A DNA stretch of 26,429 nucleotides from a virus (taxonomy: Duplodnaviria > Caudoviricetes): positions 1-26,429 of IMG/VR virus record IMGVR_UViG_3300020190_002237; one strand, given 5' to 3'. Below the pieces are notes generated by a model, which saw nothing but the letters and a program-made list of their open reading frames with translations, was not told where the DNA came from and ran no database searches. Position 1 is the stretch's first letter, and every line of letters starts with the position of its first letter. A program made the translations under genes and the position numbers. This document shows, in pieces, positions 9,749 through 19,956 of the stretch.

Positions 9749-10602
9749 GCAATCAAGGGGTGGTGATGTTTGCATACAACAACAACACCATAGATTATAT
9801 CAAACAATCCATATTTGCTGCTGTGCAGGTAAAAAAAATTCTTAATTTGCCTGTCAGTTTGGTAACCAGTGCACAAGGTTCTGTACATCTACACAATAAA
9901 TTTAAAAAATATAGCACAGTGTTTCAACACGTGATCATCAACGATGATAACACACAATCACAATTGAGGGATTTTTACAATGGAGCATTGAATAAAATCA
10001 GCGATCAATGGCACAACCAATTGCGTTCATCTGCCTATGCATTGACTCCCTATGAAGAAACATTGGTTATGGACACAGATTTTATTATTGGCAACAAAAA
10101 TTTACTGAAATGTTTTCACAGCAAACAAGACTTTTTAATCAACCAACATGCCAAATATATCAACCGTCAACATAAACCAGAATATCAAATAGAAAATATG
10201 AGCGACACAGGCATCAAAATGTATTGGGCTACTGTTTTCTTTTTTAGAAAAACGCCACGTGTGCAGAAATTGTTTGAATTAATAGCCCACATCAAACACA
10301 ATTGGGCATATTATAGGTTTATTTGGACAATACATGAAAAAAATTTTAGAAATGACTATGCTTTCAGTATGGCACTGCACGAAATCAATCACAAACAACG
10401 CAGTTTCTGGCCACAGCAGTTGCCTGACTCTTTATTTTATATCACAGATAGAGATGTGGCTGTGAGTTTCAAAGACAACAAATGGCATCTACAGCTGATC
10501 ACAGCAGAAGGCCTGCTGGATACATCAGCTGTCAACATAAATTTGCATGTGATGAACAAATTTTCATTGGATGGCATAATAAATTCAGGAGTGCTTCAAT
10601 GA
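9745..10602 (+). CDS. Glycosyltransferase-like protein (GT-A/nucleotide-diphospho-sugar transferase fold, DxD motif)
   Basis: N-terminal GVVMFAYNN..IDY strand/helix and AYALTPYEETLVMDTD with a DxD motif. Paralogous to the next gene. Confidence 0.65.
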   Translation: MSNQGVVMFAYNNNTIDYIKQSIFAAVQVKKILNLPVSLVTSAQGSVHLHNKFKKYSTVFQHVIINDDNTQSQLRDFYNGALNKISDQWHNQLRSSAYALTPYEETLVMDTDFIIGNKNLLKCFHSKQDFLINQHAKYINRQHKPEYQIENMSDTGIKMYWATVFFFRKTPRVQKLFELIAHIKHNWAYYRFIWTIHEKNFRNDYAFSMALHEINHKQRSFWPQQLPDSLFYITDRDVAVSFKDNKWHLQLITAEGLLDTSAVNINLHVMNKFSLDGIINSGVLQ

Positions 10603-11447
10603 TCACTCGCGGTTTTTGTACATTTGTGCAGCACAATGATCAAGTGGATTATATGAAACAAGCATATGCATTGGCTTTGTCAACAAAAATACACATGCCA
10701 TCAGCGAAATTTTGTCTTATTACCAATGTCAAAGTGCCCTCCCACATGATGAAAGTGTTTGACCACGTGTGTGATATTCCTGGCAGTGATGATGCTGTGA
10801 ACGACTCATGGAAAATAGCCAATAGGTACAAAATTTACAGTGTAACTCCCTATGATGAAACGATCATAATGGACGCCGACATGTTGATATTGAATGATAT
10901 CAGTCATTGGTGGAACTTTCTCAGCAACTACAATTTGTATTTTGTCAGTCAAGTGCGTACCTATCGCGATGCAGTATCTGATAATAGTTTTTATCGCAGA
11001 ACATTTGTTGAAAATCAACTGCCTAATTTGTATTTTGGATTGCACTTTTATAAAAAAACCAAGAAAAACAAAATGTTTCTTGAAATGTTAAAAACTGTGC
11101 TGCTGACCTATCAAACATTTTATGAAAAATTCACGCCAAAACATCAGCAAAATTGGCGCAGTATGGATGTGAGTGGTGCCATCACATCAAAAATAATGAA
11201 CAACGTGCATGAAATCACATCGAAAAATTCATACGTGACTTTTACTCATATGAAATCACATAATCAACATTGGACGTATCCTACCACACACTGGATGGAA
11301 AAAGTAAATGTGTATTTCAATGAAGATTGTGAAATAAAAATAGATAATTTCTTACAAAAAGGAGTGCTACACTATGTAGAAAGTGAATTTTTAACTGACA
11401 TGTTGTTGCAATCATTGGAAAAAAAATATTATGAACACACAAACTAA
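10599..11447 (+). CDS. Glycosyltransferase-like protein (GT-A fold, DxD motif)
   Basis: Start at ATG 10599 (ATGA overlap). RGFCTFVQHN..VDY..AYALALS; WKIANRYKIYSVTPYDETIIMDADML; late HMK and LHY motifs typical of GT8-like enzymes. Confidence 0.7.
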   Translation: MITRGFCTFVQHNDQVDYMKQAYALALSTKIHMPSAKFCLITNVKVPSHMMKVFDHVCDIPGSDDAVNDSWKIANRYKIYSVTPYDETIIMDADMLILNDISHWWNFLSNYNLYFVSQVRTYRDAVSDNSFYRRTFVENQLPNLYFGLHFYKKTKKNKMFLEMLKTVLLTYQTFYEKFTPKHQQNWRSMDVSGAITSKIMNNVHEITSKNSYVTFTHMKSHNQHWTYPTTHWMEKVNVYFNEDCEIKIDNFLQKGVLHYVESEFLTDMLLQSLEKKYYEHTN

Positions 11448-12006
11448 AATGTTTGTACAATTTGATCCTGCCACAGGACGTTGTCTAGGATGCAGCACTA
11501 CTCAAATGCCAAACAGCATGGAAATAGAATTAAATTTGGGTGAAAAATTTATCATGGGCATGGAAAACATGAGCAATTATGAAGTGCACTATGACAATAG
11601 CAGTTACAGTTTGAGAAAAAAAGGAGTTTTGCAGCACATAGATTCCAACAACACTGTATCCACCACTGAAATCATTAATCCAAATGTGTATAAAATACCT
11701 GACACACACCAAAATGATTCGGCCATATGTATCACTGTGAACAAAACACTTAATCGCATAGAATTTTCTGCTTCTAGTCGTTTTAAAAAAACACTACAAG
11801 CATTTAATCCTGATGATCAAAATAGATCCCATATGTTTTATTGTTGTAAACGCAATGATGCCACACAAATACTTAATATCTTTGAAGTAGATCTTAAAAT
11901 GCTGTGTGATCAAGACAGTGTGAATTATGATTGGCAGCAAGATTATAACATTGATTTCTATTGTAAAAAAATATTCGACTATGGAGTTGTAAGAACACAT
12001 GGATAA
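11431..12006 (+). CDS. Hypothetical protein (191 aa)
   Basis: Intact ORF overlapping both neighbours. No recognisable catalytic motif. Confidence 0.7.
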   Translation: MNTQTKMFVQFDPATGRCLGCSTTQMPNSMEIELNLGEKFIMGMENMSNYEVHYDNSSYSLRKKGVLQHIDSNNTVSTTEIINPNVYKIPDTHQNDSAICITVNKTLNRIEFSASSRFKKTLQAFNPDDQNRSHMFYCCKRNDATQILNIFEVDLKMLCDQDSVNYDWQQDYNIDFYCKKIFDYGVVRTHG

Positions 12007-12913
12007 AATTGCTATCAAAGACTGCGATATAATTTTTCTAAGTTATGATGAACCCAATTGTGAAAAAAACTACGCGGATCTTGTGCGAAAAGTACCTTGG
12101 GCCAAAAGAATACATGGCGTGCATGGTTCAGATACTGCACACAAGGCCTGTGGTGAGCTGTCAAGCACACATTATTTCATGACTGTGGACGGAGACACCC
12201 AATTAGACCCAAAAATATTAGATATGGAAATAAATCTGAAACAAATGGGCATGGATGACACTTGGATATTCAGTTGGTGTGGGCACATCAATGTGAATGG
12301 TTTAAGATATGGTAATGGAAGTTTAAAATTGTGGACCAAAGACTTTGTTAAAACTATGAAAACTCACGAAAATTTTGCAGGACAGGACAGTAATGAGATT
12401 GAATTTTGCTTCTTCAAAAATCTTTTCCAATTTAATGAAAATTTTTCAACCAGTTATGTCAACGCCACTCCCAAGCAAGCATGGCGTGCTGGATTTCGTG
12501 AAGGAGTGAAAATGAGTATCAATAAGAATGTAAAAATTAAATCTAAAAACGAACTATGGTGGCAAAATGTGCACAGATTGTGCATATGGATGACTGTGGG
12601 TTGTGATGTTGAAAACGGAATTTACAGCATATTGGGAGCAAGAGAAGCCTGCAACAGAATATTTGCGCCGGCTGCAACTCCTTGGGACTTTACTGAGGTG
12701 AGAGACTTCAAAAAATTAGAAGATCTTTGGATCAGTAGTTCACATGGACTTGAAAACAATCAACAGATATTGGATAAGATATGTTTTTTAGGCAACAATA
12801 TAAAAAAACACATTGATCTAGATTTTCCAACACACCCTTTGATGGATGAACAGAGCGACTTCTTCAAAAAAGTCTACATTAACACACCAAGGACCATAAG
12901 GAAAACCATATGA
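11999..12913 (+). CDS. Glycosyltransferase-like protein (GT2-like N-terminus)
   Basis: DIIFLSYDEPN...RIHGVHGSDTAHKAC...YFMTVDGD (DxD) and AWRAGFREGVKM. Paralog of the next gene. Confidence 0.6.
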   Translation: MDKIAIKDCDIIFLSYDEPNCEKNYADLVRKVPWAKRIHGVHGSDTAHKACGELSSTHYFMTVDGDTQLDPKILDMEINLKQMGMDDTWIFSWCGHINVNGLRYGNGSLKLWTKDFVKTMKTHENFAGQDSNEIEFCFFKNLFQFNENFSTSYVNATPKQAWRAGFREGVKMSINKNVKIKSKNELWWQNVHRLCIWMTVGCDVENGIYSILGAREACNRIFAPAATPWDFTEVRDFKKLEDLWISSSHGLENNQQILDKICFLGNNIKKHIDLDFPTHPLMDEQSDFFKKVYINTPRTIRKTI

Positions 12914-13599
12914 TGTTTGATATAATGTTCATAAGTTATCAAGAATCAAACGCAGATCACAATTGGCAAATGTTAAAGCAGAGATTTGGATTTGCGCAGC
13001 GGGTACATGGTGTCAAAGGCATACATGAAGCACACAAACAAGCTGCCAACAGGAGCATCACTAAAATGTTCTGGGTGGTTGATGCAGATGCAGTGATTGA
13101 ACCTGATTTTGATTTCAAATTTGTGCCTAAACTATATCATCTACAAGCAGTGCACGTGTGGCGCAGCAGGAATCCAGTGAATAATTTAGAATATGGCTAT
13201 GGAGGAGTAAAATTACTGCCAAAAAGAAAAACCATGCAGATGAATATGGACAGCACAGATATGACCAGCAGTATTTCAGATTGGTTTATTCCTATGCCAC
13301 AGATATCAAATGTCACAGCCTTCAACACAGATGCTTTCAGTGCATGGAAGTCAGCTTTTAGAGAGTGTGTAAAACTGAGCAGTAAGATTATTGATCGACA
13401 GAATGACGTAGAAACAGAAAAAAGATTGCACATATGGTGTAATGAAGGCAAAGAAAAACCTTTTGGTCGACAAACAATACAAGGGGCAGTGTTAGGCAGA
13501 CAATATGGTGAACAACATAGAGGAAATCCTACTGCTTTGAAAAAAATAAGTGACTTTGCATGGCTGCAAGCACAATTTGAAAGCTCAACACATGATTGA
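12910..13599 (+). CDS. Glycosyltransferase-like protein (GT2-like N-terminus)
   Basis: DIMFISYQESNA...RVHGVKGIHEAHKQAA...FWVVDAD (DxD), YGYGGVKL and AWKSAFRECVKL. Confidence 0.6.
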   Translation: MMFDIMFISYQESNADHNWQMLKQRFGFAQRVHGVKGIHEAHKQAANRSITKMFWVVDADAVIEPDFDFKFVPKLYHLQAVHVWRSRNPVNNLEYGYGGVKLLPKRKTMQMNMDSTDMTSSISDWFIPMPQISNVTAFNTDAFSAWKSAFRECVKLSSKIIDRQNDVETEKRLHIWCNEGKEKPFGRQTIQGAVLGRQYGEQHRGNPTALKKISDFAWLQAQFESSTHD

Positions 13600-14593
13600 T
13601 ACCAACATTCCTTTTGAAGATATCCAAAGTTTTGGACAAAAAACCATGTTGAACAGCAAATTATTTTCTGTGAGTTGGATTCTAGCACGTTTTTGCAATT
13701 ATGATTGTTCTTACTGTTGGCCTTATGCCAAGAGCAAAACAAAAGATCATAGATCATTGCAGGTTTACACCAACACTGTGGATGAAATAAAGAGACAGGC
13801 TAGATCAAATGGATTTTCCAACTTTCATTTCAGTTTTTCAGGTGGTGAACCCACTGCATACAAGGATTTTTTAAAACTGATACAACACTACAGTGATGAT
13901 AAACAACCTGAATATCAAAGCATACACATGACCACCAATCTCAGTCCATCAGTCAAATGGTGGCAGAGATGGTTGGATACCACAGCTAGACTGAATAGAC
14001 GCAGTATCACTGCAAGTTTTCATGCGGAATTCGCAGATGAACAATCATTCGGAGATAAAATACTAATGTTGATGTCTCACAATGTGTTTGTCACAATTAA
14101 TCAAGTCATGGTGCCCACAAGATTTAATGAATATTTTGATAGATGTACTAGATTTCATTCAAGAGGTATCAATGTGACTTTAAAACCTCAAAGTGACCCC
14201 ACTGCCAGCAGAGTGATAGAAGGATATAGTGCAAAACAAATTGATCAAATGCAGACTGGTTTCCCGCAACAGATCAAAAAGGGCACAGTGATAGAAGATC
14301 TATTTCAAATTGAGTTGAAAGACAGCAAAGGCAATGTGTATTTTATGGATCAAGCAGAAAGATTCAATGCTTTTGGTTTCAACAAATTCAAAGGTTGGTA
14401 TTGTAATGCAGGTTATCAAAGCTGTATTATTCGTGAACCAGGAGGTGAAGTGAAAAGAAGTTACAGTTGTCATGATGAACCTTTAGGCAACATAGAACAA
14501 GGGTTCAAGTTGTTTGATAAACCAAATATCTGTTTAACTCCCAGCTGTGTGAGTTCAGCAGATTCTAAAATCCCCAAGGTCAAACATGTATAA
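13592..14593 (+). CDS. Radical SAM enzyme with C-terminal Cys-rich (twitch/SPASM-like) domain
   Basis: CNYDCSYC (CxxxCxxC), SFSGGEPT, and C-terminal GWYCNAG...SC...CLTPSC. Probable start is ATG 13592. Confidence 0.9.
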   Translation: MIDTNIPFEDIQSFGQKTMLNSKLFSVSWILARFCNYDCSYCWPYAKSKTKDHRSLQVYTNTVDEIKRQARSNGFSNFHFSFSGGEPTAYKDFLKLIQHYSDDKQPEYQSIHMTTNLSPSVKWWQRWLDTTARLNRRSITASFHAEFADEQSFGDKILMLMSHNVFVTINQVMVPTRFNEYFDRCTRFHSRGINVTLKPQSDPTASRVIEGYSAKQIDQMQTGFPQQIKKGTVIEDLFQIELKDSKGNVYFMDQAERFNAFGFNKFKGWYCNAGYQSCIIREPGGEVKRSYSCHDEPLGNIEQGFKLFDKPNICLTPSCVSSADSKIPKVKHV

Positions 14594-15575
14594 ACTGTCC
14601 GACATAAGAGAAATTCATTTGGAAAACACCAGCAAGTGTCAAGCACGCTGTCCTATGTGCCCAAGGCGCATAAATGGTGGCCCAATAAATCCTTTTATCA
14701 AACTGGAGGAAATAGATTTAGAATTATTTAAAAAATGGTTCCCAAAAGATTTTATTCAACAGTTGCACAGTCTTTTTATGTGTGGTAATCTTGGAGATCC
14801 TGTGGTGGCAAGAGACACATTGGAAATTTATGAATATCTTCGCAGCACCAATTCAGCAATCAGATTGAGCATGCACACAAACGGCAGTGCTCGAGACGCA
14901 GAATGGTGGATAAAACTGGCTAAATTGCAGGTGCGTGTGATATTTGGAATCGATGGACTGCAAGACACGCATCAATTGTATAGGGTGGCCACAGATTACA
15001 ACAAAATAATACAGAATGCACAAGCATTCATCACAGCAGGAGGTCATGCCAGATGGCACATGCTGGTATTTGCACACAATGAACATCAAATCAACACTGC
15101 CAAACAAATCAGCATAGACATGGGTTTCAAAGAATTCACAGTGAAACACACAAGTAGATTCAAAAAAGATTTTCATCAAGTGATAGATGAACAGGGAAGA
15201 CCAACTCATAAACTGTATGCCAGCAGCATCAGCAGAGACATGATACCACTGATTGAATCATCACAAAAAGAAGAAAATCCTATAATTGTGTGCAAAGCAC
15301 AGAAATACAAACAATTGTATGTGAGTTCATGTGGCAATGTGTCTCCTTGTTGTTGGCTAGACATGGAATGGATACCACCTATGCAGGAGAGCAGAATAGA
15401 TTACATTGACAAGATTGGACAATTTCCCAATCTGCACAGACAAACTCTGCAAGAAATATTTGACAGTGCTTATTTTGAAAAAATTGAATCCAAATGGTCC
15501 ACCACAGGGCTGCAAGAATGCAGCAAGCAGTGTGGTTCATTTGACAAACTGGGGGTGCAATTTGTTAAAAATTAA
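14586..15575 (+). CDS. Radical SAM enzyme with C-terminal SPASM/twitch domain
   Basis: CQARCPMC, CGNLGDP in place of GGEP, HTNGS, FGIDG, and C-terminal C...VSPCC...CSKQC. Confidence 0.9.
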   Translation: MYKLSDIREIHLENTSKCQARCPMCPRRINGGPINPFIKLEEIDLELFKKWFPKDFIQQLHSLFMCGNLGDPVVARDTLEIYEYLRSTNSAIRLSMHTNGSARDAEWWIKLAKLQVRVIFGIDGLQDTHQLYRVATDYNKIIQNAQAFITAGGHARWHMLVFAHNEHQINTAKQISIDMGFKEFTVKHTSRFKKDFHQVIDEQGRPTHKLYASSISRDMIPLIESSQKEENPIIVCKAQKYKQLYVSSCGNVSPCCWLDMEWIPPMQESRIDYIDKIGQFPNLHRQTLQEIFDSAYFEKIESKWSTTGLQECSKQCGSFDKLGVQFVKN

Positions 15576-16176
15576 AATAGACGACATTTTGTTCTGGATG
15601 GATGCTATCAGGCAATCCGATGACAAATATCGCACATTGGAAAGTTTTTGGAAAGGTCAAATCAACAGCAAGGTTTGGTTGATTGAGCATTTGAGTAAAC
15701 TGACCAGGCCATTTGATCAGAAAGTTCTCATATGTGGTGGTTGGTATGGTGTGTTGGCCACACTGATGTTCAACAGCAATTTGTTTGTGAAAGAAATAAC
15801 CAGCATGGACAAAGACAAAAAGTGTGAAGTTGTGGCAAGAAACATGAATAAACAATATGAAATAGCTGGTAGATTCTTTGCGATTACTCAAGATATGACC
15901 AAATATAAAAATTATAACAAATTTGATCTAATTATTAACACTGCTTGTGAACACATCACCCAGTTAGAATATGATACATGGCTGCAACTTGTGCCACATA
16001 GTGCAACTTTGGCCATTCAAAGCAACAATTTTGAGATAGCGGAGCATGTCAACATCAAACAATCTCTCAATGACTTTGTTGACAGTAGCGGTATAACTCC
16101 ACTGTTGGAACCTGTGGAACTACAAACCGAAAAATACAAACGTTTTATGATCATAGGTAAAAAAAATGAAAAATAA
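15562..16176 (+). CDS. Class I SAM-dependent methyltransferase-like protein
   Basis: Motif I VLICGGWYGVLA, acidic end of beta2 (SMDKD), and DLIINTACEH. Probable TTG start at 15562 with GGGGG upstream. Confidence 0.7.
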   Translation: MLKIKIDDILFWMDAIRQSDDKYRTLESFWKGQINSKVWLIEHLSKLTRPFDQKVLICGGWYGVLATLMFNSNLFVKEITSMDKDKKCEVVARNMNKQYEIAGRFFAITQDMTKYKNYNKFDLIINTACEHITQLEYDTWLQLVPHSATLAIQSNNFEIAEHVNIKQSLNDFVDSSGITPLLEPVELQTEKYKRFMIIGKKNEK

Positions 16177-17437
16177 TAACAGTTGTACATTTTGCATGCA
16201 TCCTTTCACAGGGTTGGCCACCAGAGAAGATGGAGCTATTAAGATATGCTGCCGCAGTTTGCCCATAGCAAACATACAGCAACAAACTTTGGAACAGGCA
16301 TGGAACAGTGACAAAATGAAAGAGATACGCAAACAGGTCTTGAACAATGAAAAACCTGATGTGTGCCAGCCTTGTTTTGATTTAGAAGCACAAGGAGTGC
16401 AGAGTTTACGACAGCGGCACATCAGCGACAGTTCACCTGAGGCAAGAATAAATCTATATCCCAATGCATTAGATACTCTGCGTGAAGATTACAGTATGCC
16501 TTTTGAACTGCCTACCATAGAGATAAAAATCAATAATCTATGCAATCTTAGATGTAGAATGTGTAATCCATTAGACAGCACATCATGGAAAGACTGGAAA
16601 CACATTGTGCATCACTACAAAGCAGAAGGCAATTATCTTGTGGATGCTGTGGAAAAACTAGGACTCACAGAGGCTCCATATGTGGATTTATTTTCCAGCA
16701 AAGCAGAATTTTGGGAAAATCTTGAAAAATTGCTGCCACATTTTCGACGTGTGGAATTCGCAGGCGGTGAACCACTTATGGATCCAACACACTATAAAAT
16801 ACTGGACATGTTGAGCAGATATGGCCAGAATATCGAAATAAAATATGCCACCAACGGCACAGTGCTGGGTATCAAAGGCAGCAGAACCGTGCATGAATAT
16901 TGGCCGAAATTCAAAAGCGTTGCAGTGAACGTGAGCATAGATGGTCTTAACGAAGTGTATGAATATGTGCGAGGCAACGGAAAATTCCAGGACGTGATTG
17001 AAAACATCAAAATAATGAAACAGATACCCAAAGTCACACGCATAGTGGGAGCATTCACAGTGCAGGTCAACAACATCATGCAGATTGATCAAGTGATTGA
17101 TTATTTTTTAGACAAATTGGGCATTGTGTTCTACAGTCACAGAGTGAATTATCCTAAAGTGCTCAGTGCACAGGTCATACATCCACAATTGAAAAGAAGA
17201 GTAATACGCAAACTGGAATTAATGAAAACTAAAATTAAAAATTATCAAATTGTGCAACAACATCCTGTGCTGGAAAAAATTACTTTGCAACAGATACAGG
17301 ACAATATTAATTTTTTACAAGCCACCGATCTCAATCATTTGTGGCATGACTGCGTGGATTTCAATAGAGAATTGGATGCCACACGCAATCAAGGCCCATT
17401 TGAAAAAATAAATCCAGAGTTTGCAAAGTATGTATAA
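16166..17437 (+). CDS. Radical SAM enzyme with N-terminal SPASM/twitch-like domain
   Basis: N-terminal CMHPF..CC..CQPC, then CNLRCRMC, FAGGEPL, YATNGT and VSIDG. Confidence 0.9.
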   Translation: MKNNNSCTFCMHPFTGLATREDGAIKICCRSLPIANIQQQTLEQAWNSDKMKEIRKQVLNNEKPDVCQPCFDLEAQGVQSLRQRHISDSSPEARINLYPNALDTLREDYSMPFELPTIEIKINNLCNLRCRMCNPLDSTSWKDWKHIVHHYKAEGNYLVDAVEKLGLTEAPYVDLFSSKAEFWENLEKLLPHFRRVEFAGGEPLMDPTHYKILDMLSRYGQNIEIKYATNGTVLGIKGSRTVHEYWPKFKSVAVNVSIDGLNEVYEYVRGNGKFQDVIENIKIMKQIPKVTRIVGAFTVQVNNIMQIDQVIDYFLDKLGIVFYSHRVNYPKVLSAQVIHPQLKRRVIRKLELMKTKIKNYQIVQQHPVLEKITLQQIQDNINFLQATDLNHLWHDCVDFNRELDATRNQGPFEKINPEFAKYV

Positions 17438-18350
17438 AGTAGAAAATCTTTATCCTCATTACAAACAGGCTGTGAAAATTGAATGGAATTTGGGCAAAAG
17501 ATGCAATTATGACTGCTCATATTGTCCCACTGAGATACATGACAATCACAGTGAACATCAGGATATCACAGTGTTGAAAAACACTGCTGACAAACTGACA
17601 ACATTAATAACTAACAAAAAATTACGCATCAGTTTCACTGGAGGAGAACCCTGTGTGCATCCAAATCTTGTGGAATTATTGCAGCACATTAGACCAAAAG
17701 TTAGTTGGATCAACATCACCTCCAATGGCACCAGAACTGCAGAATATTACCAAAAATTACTGAGTGAATACGTGGATCACATGGTGTTCAGTGTGCATTT
17801 AGAATACAATTATAAACGTGTATTAGATTCAATTATAAAGGCGTATAAGGGCAGCAACAACAAAAATGTTCTAGTACACTTGATGATGTTGCCGGGGCGT
17901 CTTAATGACGTTAAAACAGTGTGTGCCCAACTGAAGGGAATCGGTATCAGATATGCTTTGAGACCCATACGCTGGACCGAAAGTCACGATAATTTTGTGG
18001 ACATGGAGAAATACAGCAAAGCAGAGAGAAAATTTTTGGACAAAGAAAATCATACTCCACCAAAAAATACCATCATAGATGGCAGCAGGCAGTGCAATGT
18101 GAATGACTTGTTGATAGAAAAAATCAATCATTTCAAAGGATGGCAGTGTCAAGCGGGTGTGGAAAGTCTCATGATCAATTGGGATGGTGAAGTGCATAGG
18201 GCCACTTGTAGAGTGGGAGGCAGTTTGGGCAACATCTACAATAACACTTTCATTTTGCCAACAGAGTTCATAGTGTGCACAAGAGATTGGTGTACTTGTG
18301 CTGCAGACATAAACATAACCAAAGAGAAAATATGCAGATACACAGCATAG
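17430..18350 (+). CDS. Radical SAM enzyme with C-terminal Cys-rich domain
   Basis: CNYDCSYC, FTGGEPC, TSNGT, and GWQCQAG...ATC...CTRDWCTCAAD. Start at ATG 17430. Confidence 0.9.
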   Translation: MYKVENLYPHYKQAVKIEWNLGKRCNYDCSYCPTEIHDNHSEHQDITVLKNTADKLTTLITNKKLRISFTGGEPCVHPNLVELLQHIRPKVSWINITSNGTRTAEYYQKLLSEYVDHMVFSVHLEYNYKRVLDSIIKAYKGSNNKNVLVHLMMLPGRLNDVKTVCAQLKGIGIRYALRPIRWTESHDNFVDMEKYSKAERKFLDKENHTPPKNTIIDGSRQCNVNDLLIEKINHFKGWQCQAGVESLMINWDGEVHRATCRVGGSLGNIYNNTFILPTEFIVCTRDWCTCAADINITKEKICRYTA

Positions 18351-19312
18351 ATTACAAGCACAAGTTATTTAATGACGTGTTAGAGATAGAATGGTTGCTA
18401 GGCAACACGTGCAATTATAAATGCTCTTATTGTATAGATGAACTGCGCAGCGGCAGCCATGCATGGGCTAATATAGAATCAGCTATGAAATTTGTAGACA
18501 AGGTCATCACACACTATTCACAAATTGGCATAAAAAATTACATATGGAAATTCGGTGGTGGAGAACCATTGATGTATGGTGATTTCATCACACTGTGCCA
18601 ATACATCAATTCAAAAAAAAATAGCATAGTGATAGTGGCCAGTAATGCTGCAGCCAGTAAGGACTATTGGCGCACATATGGCAAAAATTTTTTTGCTGCA
18701 CACTTCAGCATTCACCCTGAATATGCAGATGGCAGTCACATATCAGCTGTGTGTGATATGCTAACAGACATGGGAGTAGAGGTCACATGCCACGTGATGA
18801 TGATGCCCACACTATTTGAAAAATGTTTAGCAATCATCGATATGTTAAAACTCAGTCGCAGAAAGGAATGGGGCATACAGGCCAAACCTCTGTTTCACAC
18901 TTGGGAGACTGATATCTCCAGTCTAAGACAATTGTACAGCTACACCGATGAGCAAAAAATAATTTTCAACAAACCAGTGCGAGAGCAGAAGAGATTAGAC
19001 GGAGAAAATGCTGATGTAGATCGCAGCATGATAGCAGTTACGGATCAAGGGGAGCAGTCATTTGACGCTTACTGGGCAGTAACCAATCGCATAGTTGACT
19101 GGAGGGGTTATCAATGCTGGATAGGAGTTAATCGTATCTACATAAATTATGATCAGACACTTAAATTAGGAGCAGGTTGTTATATGAATTACAAAAATTT
19201 TGTTGGCAAGAGGATAGATGATGACGATATTATATTTCCCAACAAACCAACCAAATGTACACAGGAGAGTTGCGTATGTATCGCGGACGTGCAAGTGCCC
19301 AAAAGCAGATAG
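18332..19312 (+). CDS. Radical SAM enzyme with C-terminal Cys-rich domain
   Basis: CNYKCSYC, FGGGEPL, and GYQCWIG...AGC...CTQESCVCIAD. Start at ATG 18332. Confidence 0.9.
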   Translation: MQIHSIDYKHKLFNDVLEIEWLLGNTCNYKCSYCIDELRSGSHAWANIESAMKFVDKVITHYSQIGIKNYIWKFGGGEPLMYGDFITLCQYINSKKNSIVIVASNAAASKDYWRTYGKNFFAAHFSIHPEYADGSHISAVCDMLTDMGVEVTCHVMMMPTLFEKCLAIIDMLKLSRRKEWGIQAKPLFHTWETDISSLRQLYSYTDEQKIIFNKPVREQKRLDGENADVDRSMIAVTDQGEQSFDAYWAVTNRIVDWRGYQCWIGVNRIYINYDQTLKLGAGCYMNYKNFVGKRIDDDDIIFPNKPTKCTQESCVCIADVQVPKSR

Positions 19313-19956
19313 GATTTTTTGGAGACAGTTTTTGTGCCAGGGCCGAAAAACACAATTGGATGGGACAACTGGCAGATCATCTCGACAGTAAAATTGTGCA
19401 CACAGGAGTGGGGGGTTCCAGCTATTGGACCACAGTGATAGACTACACAAAAAACTTCGATAGATACAAAAATTTAGATTACACAGTATTCTGCTGGACC
19501 GAAACACATAGGATATATCATCCTAAGGGTGATTTCAATCACGGCTCATCTTTTAATGAGAATAACGGCAGACATAAAGCTGCACAGATGTATATTGAGC
19601 ATCTACAAGATTATGAAAAAGAAGATTTGGAGTTCCAAGCAGTGGCCTATTGGCTGGATAATGAATTTTTAAAAAATGTGAAAGGAAAGATAATTCATTT
19701 TTACAGTTTTGGACAACCACAGATAGAAGAATGGCACAAAGCAGAACTGAAAGACATAAAAATATTATACCAATGGACTCATGGCACTCAAGTGGATACT
19801 ACATTGTATTACATCAGTTGTAATACTGATAAATTTCGTCAGTTGCTGGATAAAACATTTTTCAAACATATACCATCCCTTTTTATCACCAATCATATGG
19901 GTCCAGAAGGTGATCGCTGGGTGTTGAAATTAGCTCTGAACGCCTTTAAAGATTAA
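19276..19956 (+). CDS. SGNH/GDSL hydrolase-like protein (possible acyl esterase or transferase)
   Basis: Block I IGFFGDSF, block II GVGGSS, and C-terminal TNHMG. ATG 19276 has AGGAG 8 nt upstream; 19255 is an alternative start. Confidence 0.6.
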   Translation: MYRGRASAQKQIGFFGDSFCARAEKHNWMGQLADHLDSKIVHTGVGGSSYWTTVIDYTKNFDRYKNLDYTVFCWTETHRIYHPKGDFNHGSSFNENNGRHKAAQMYIEHLQDYEKEDLEFQAVAYWLDNEFLKNVKGKIIHFYSFGQPQIEEWHKAELKDIKILYQWTHGTQVDTTLYYISCNTDKFRQLLDKTFFKHIPSLFITNHMGPEGDRWVLKLALNAFKD

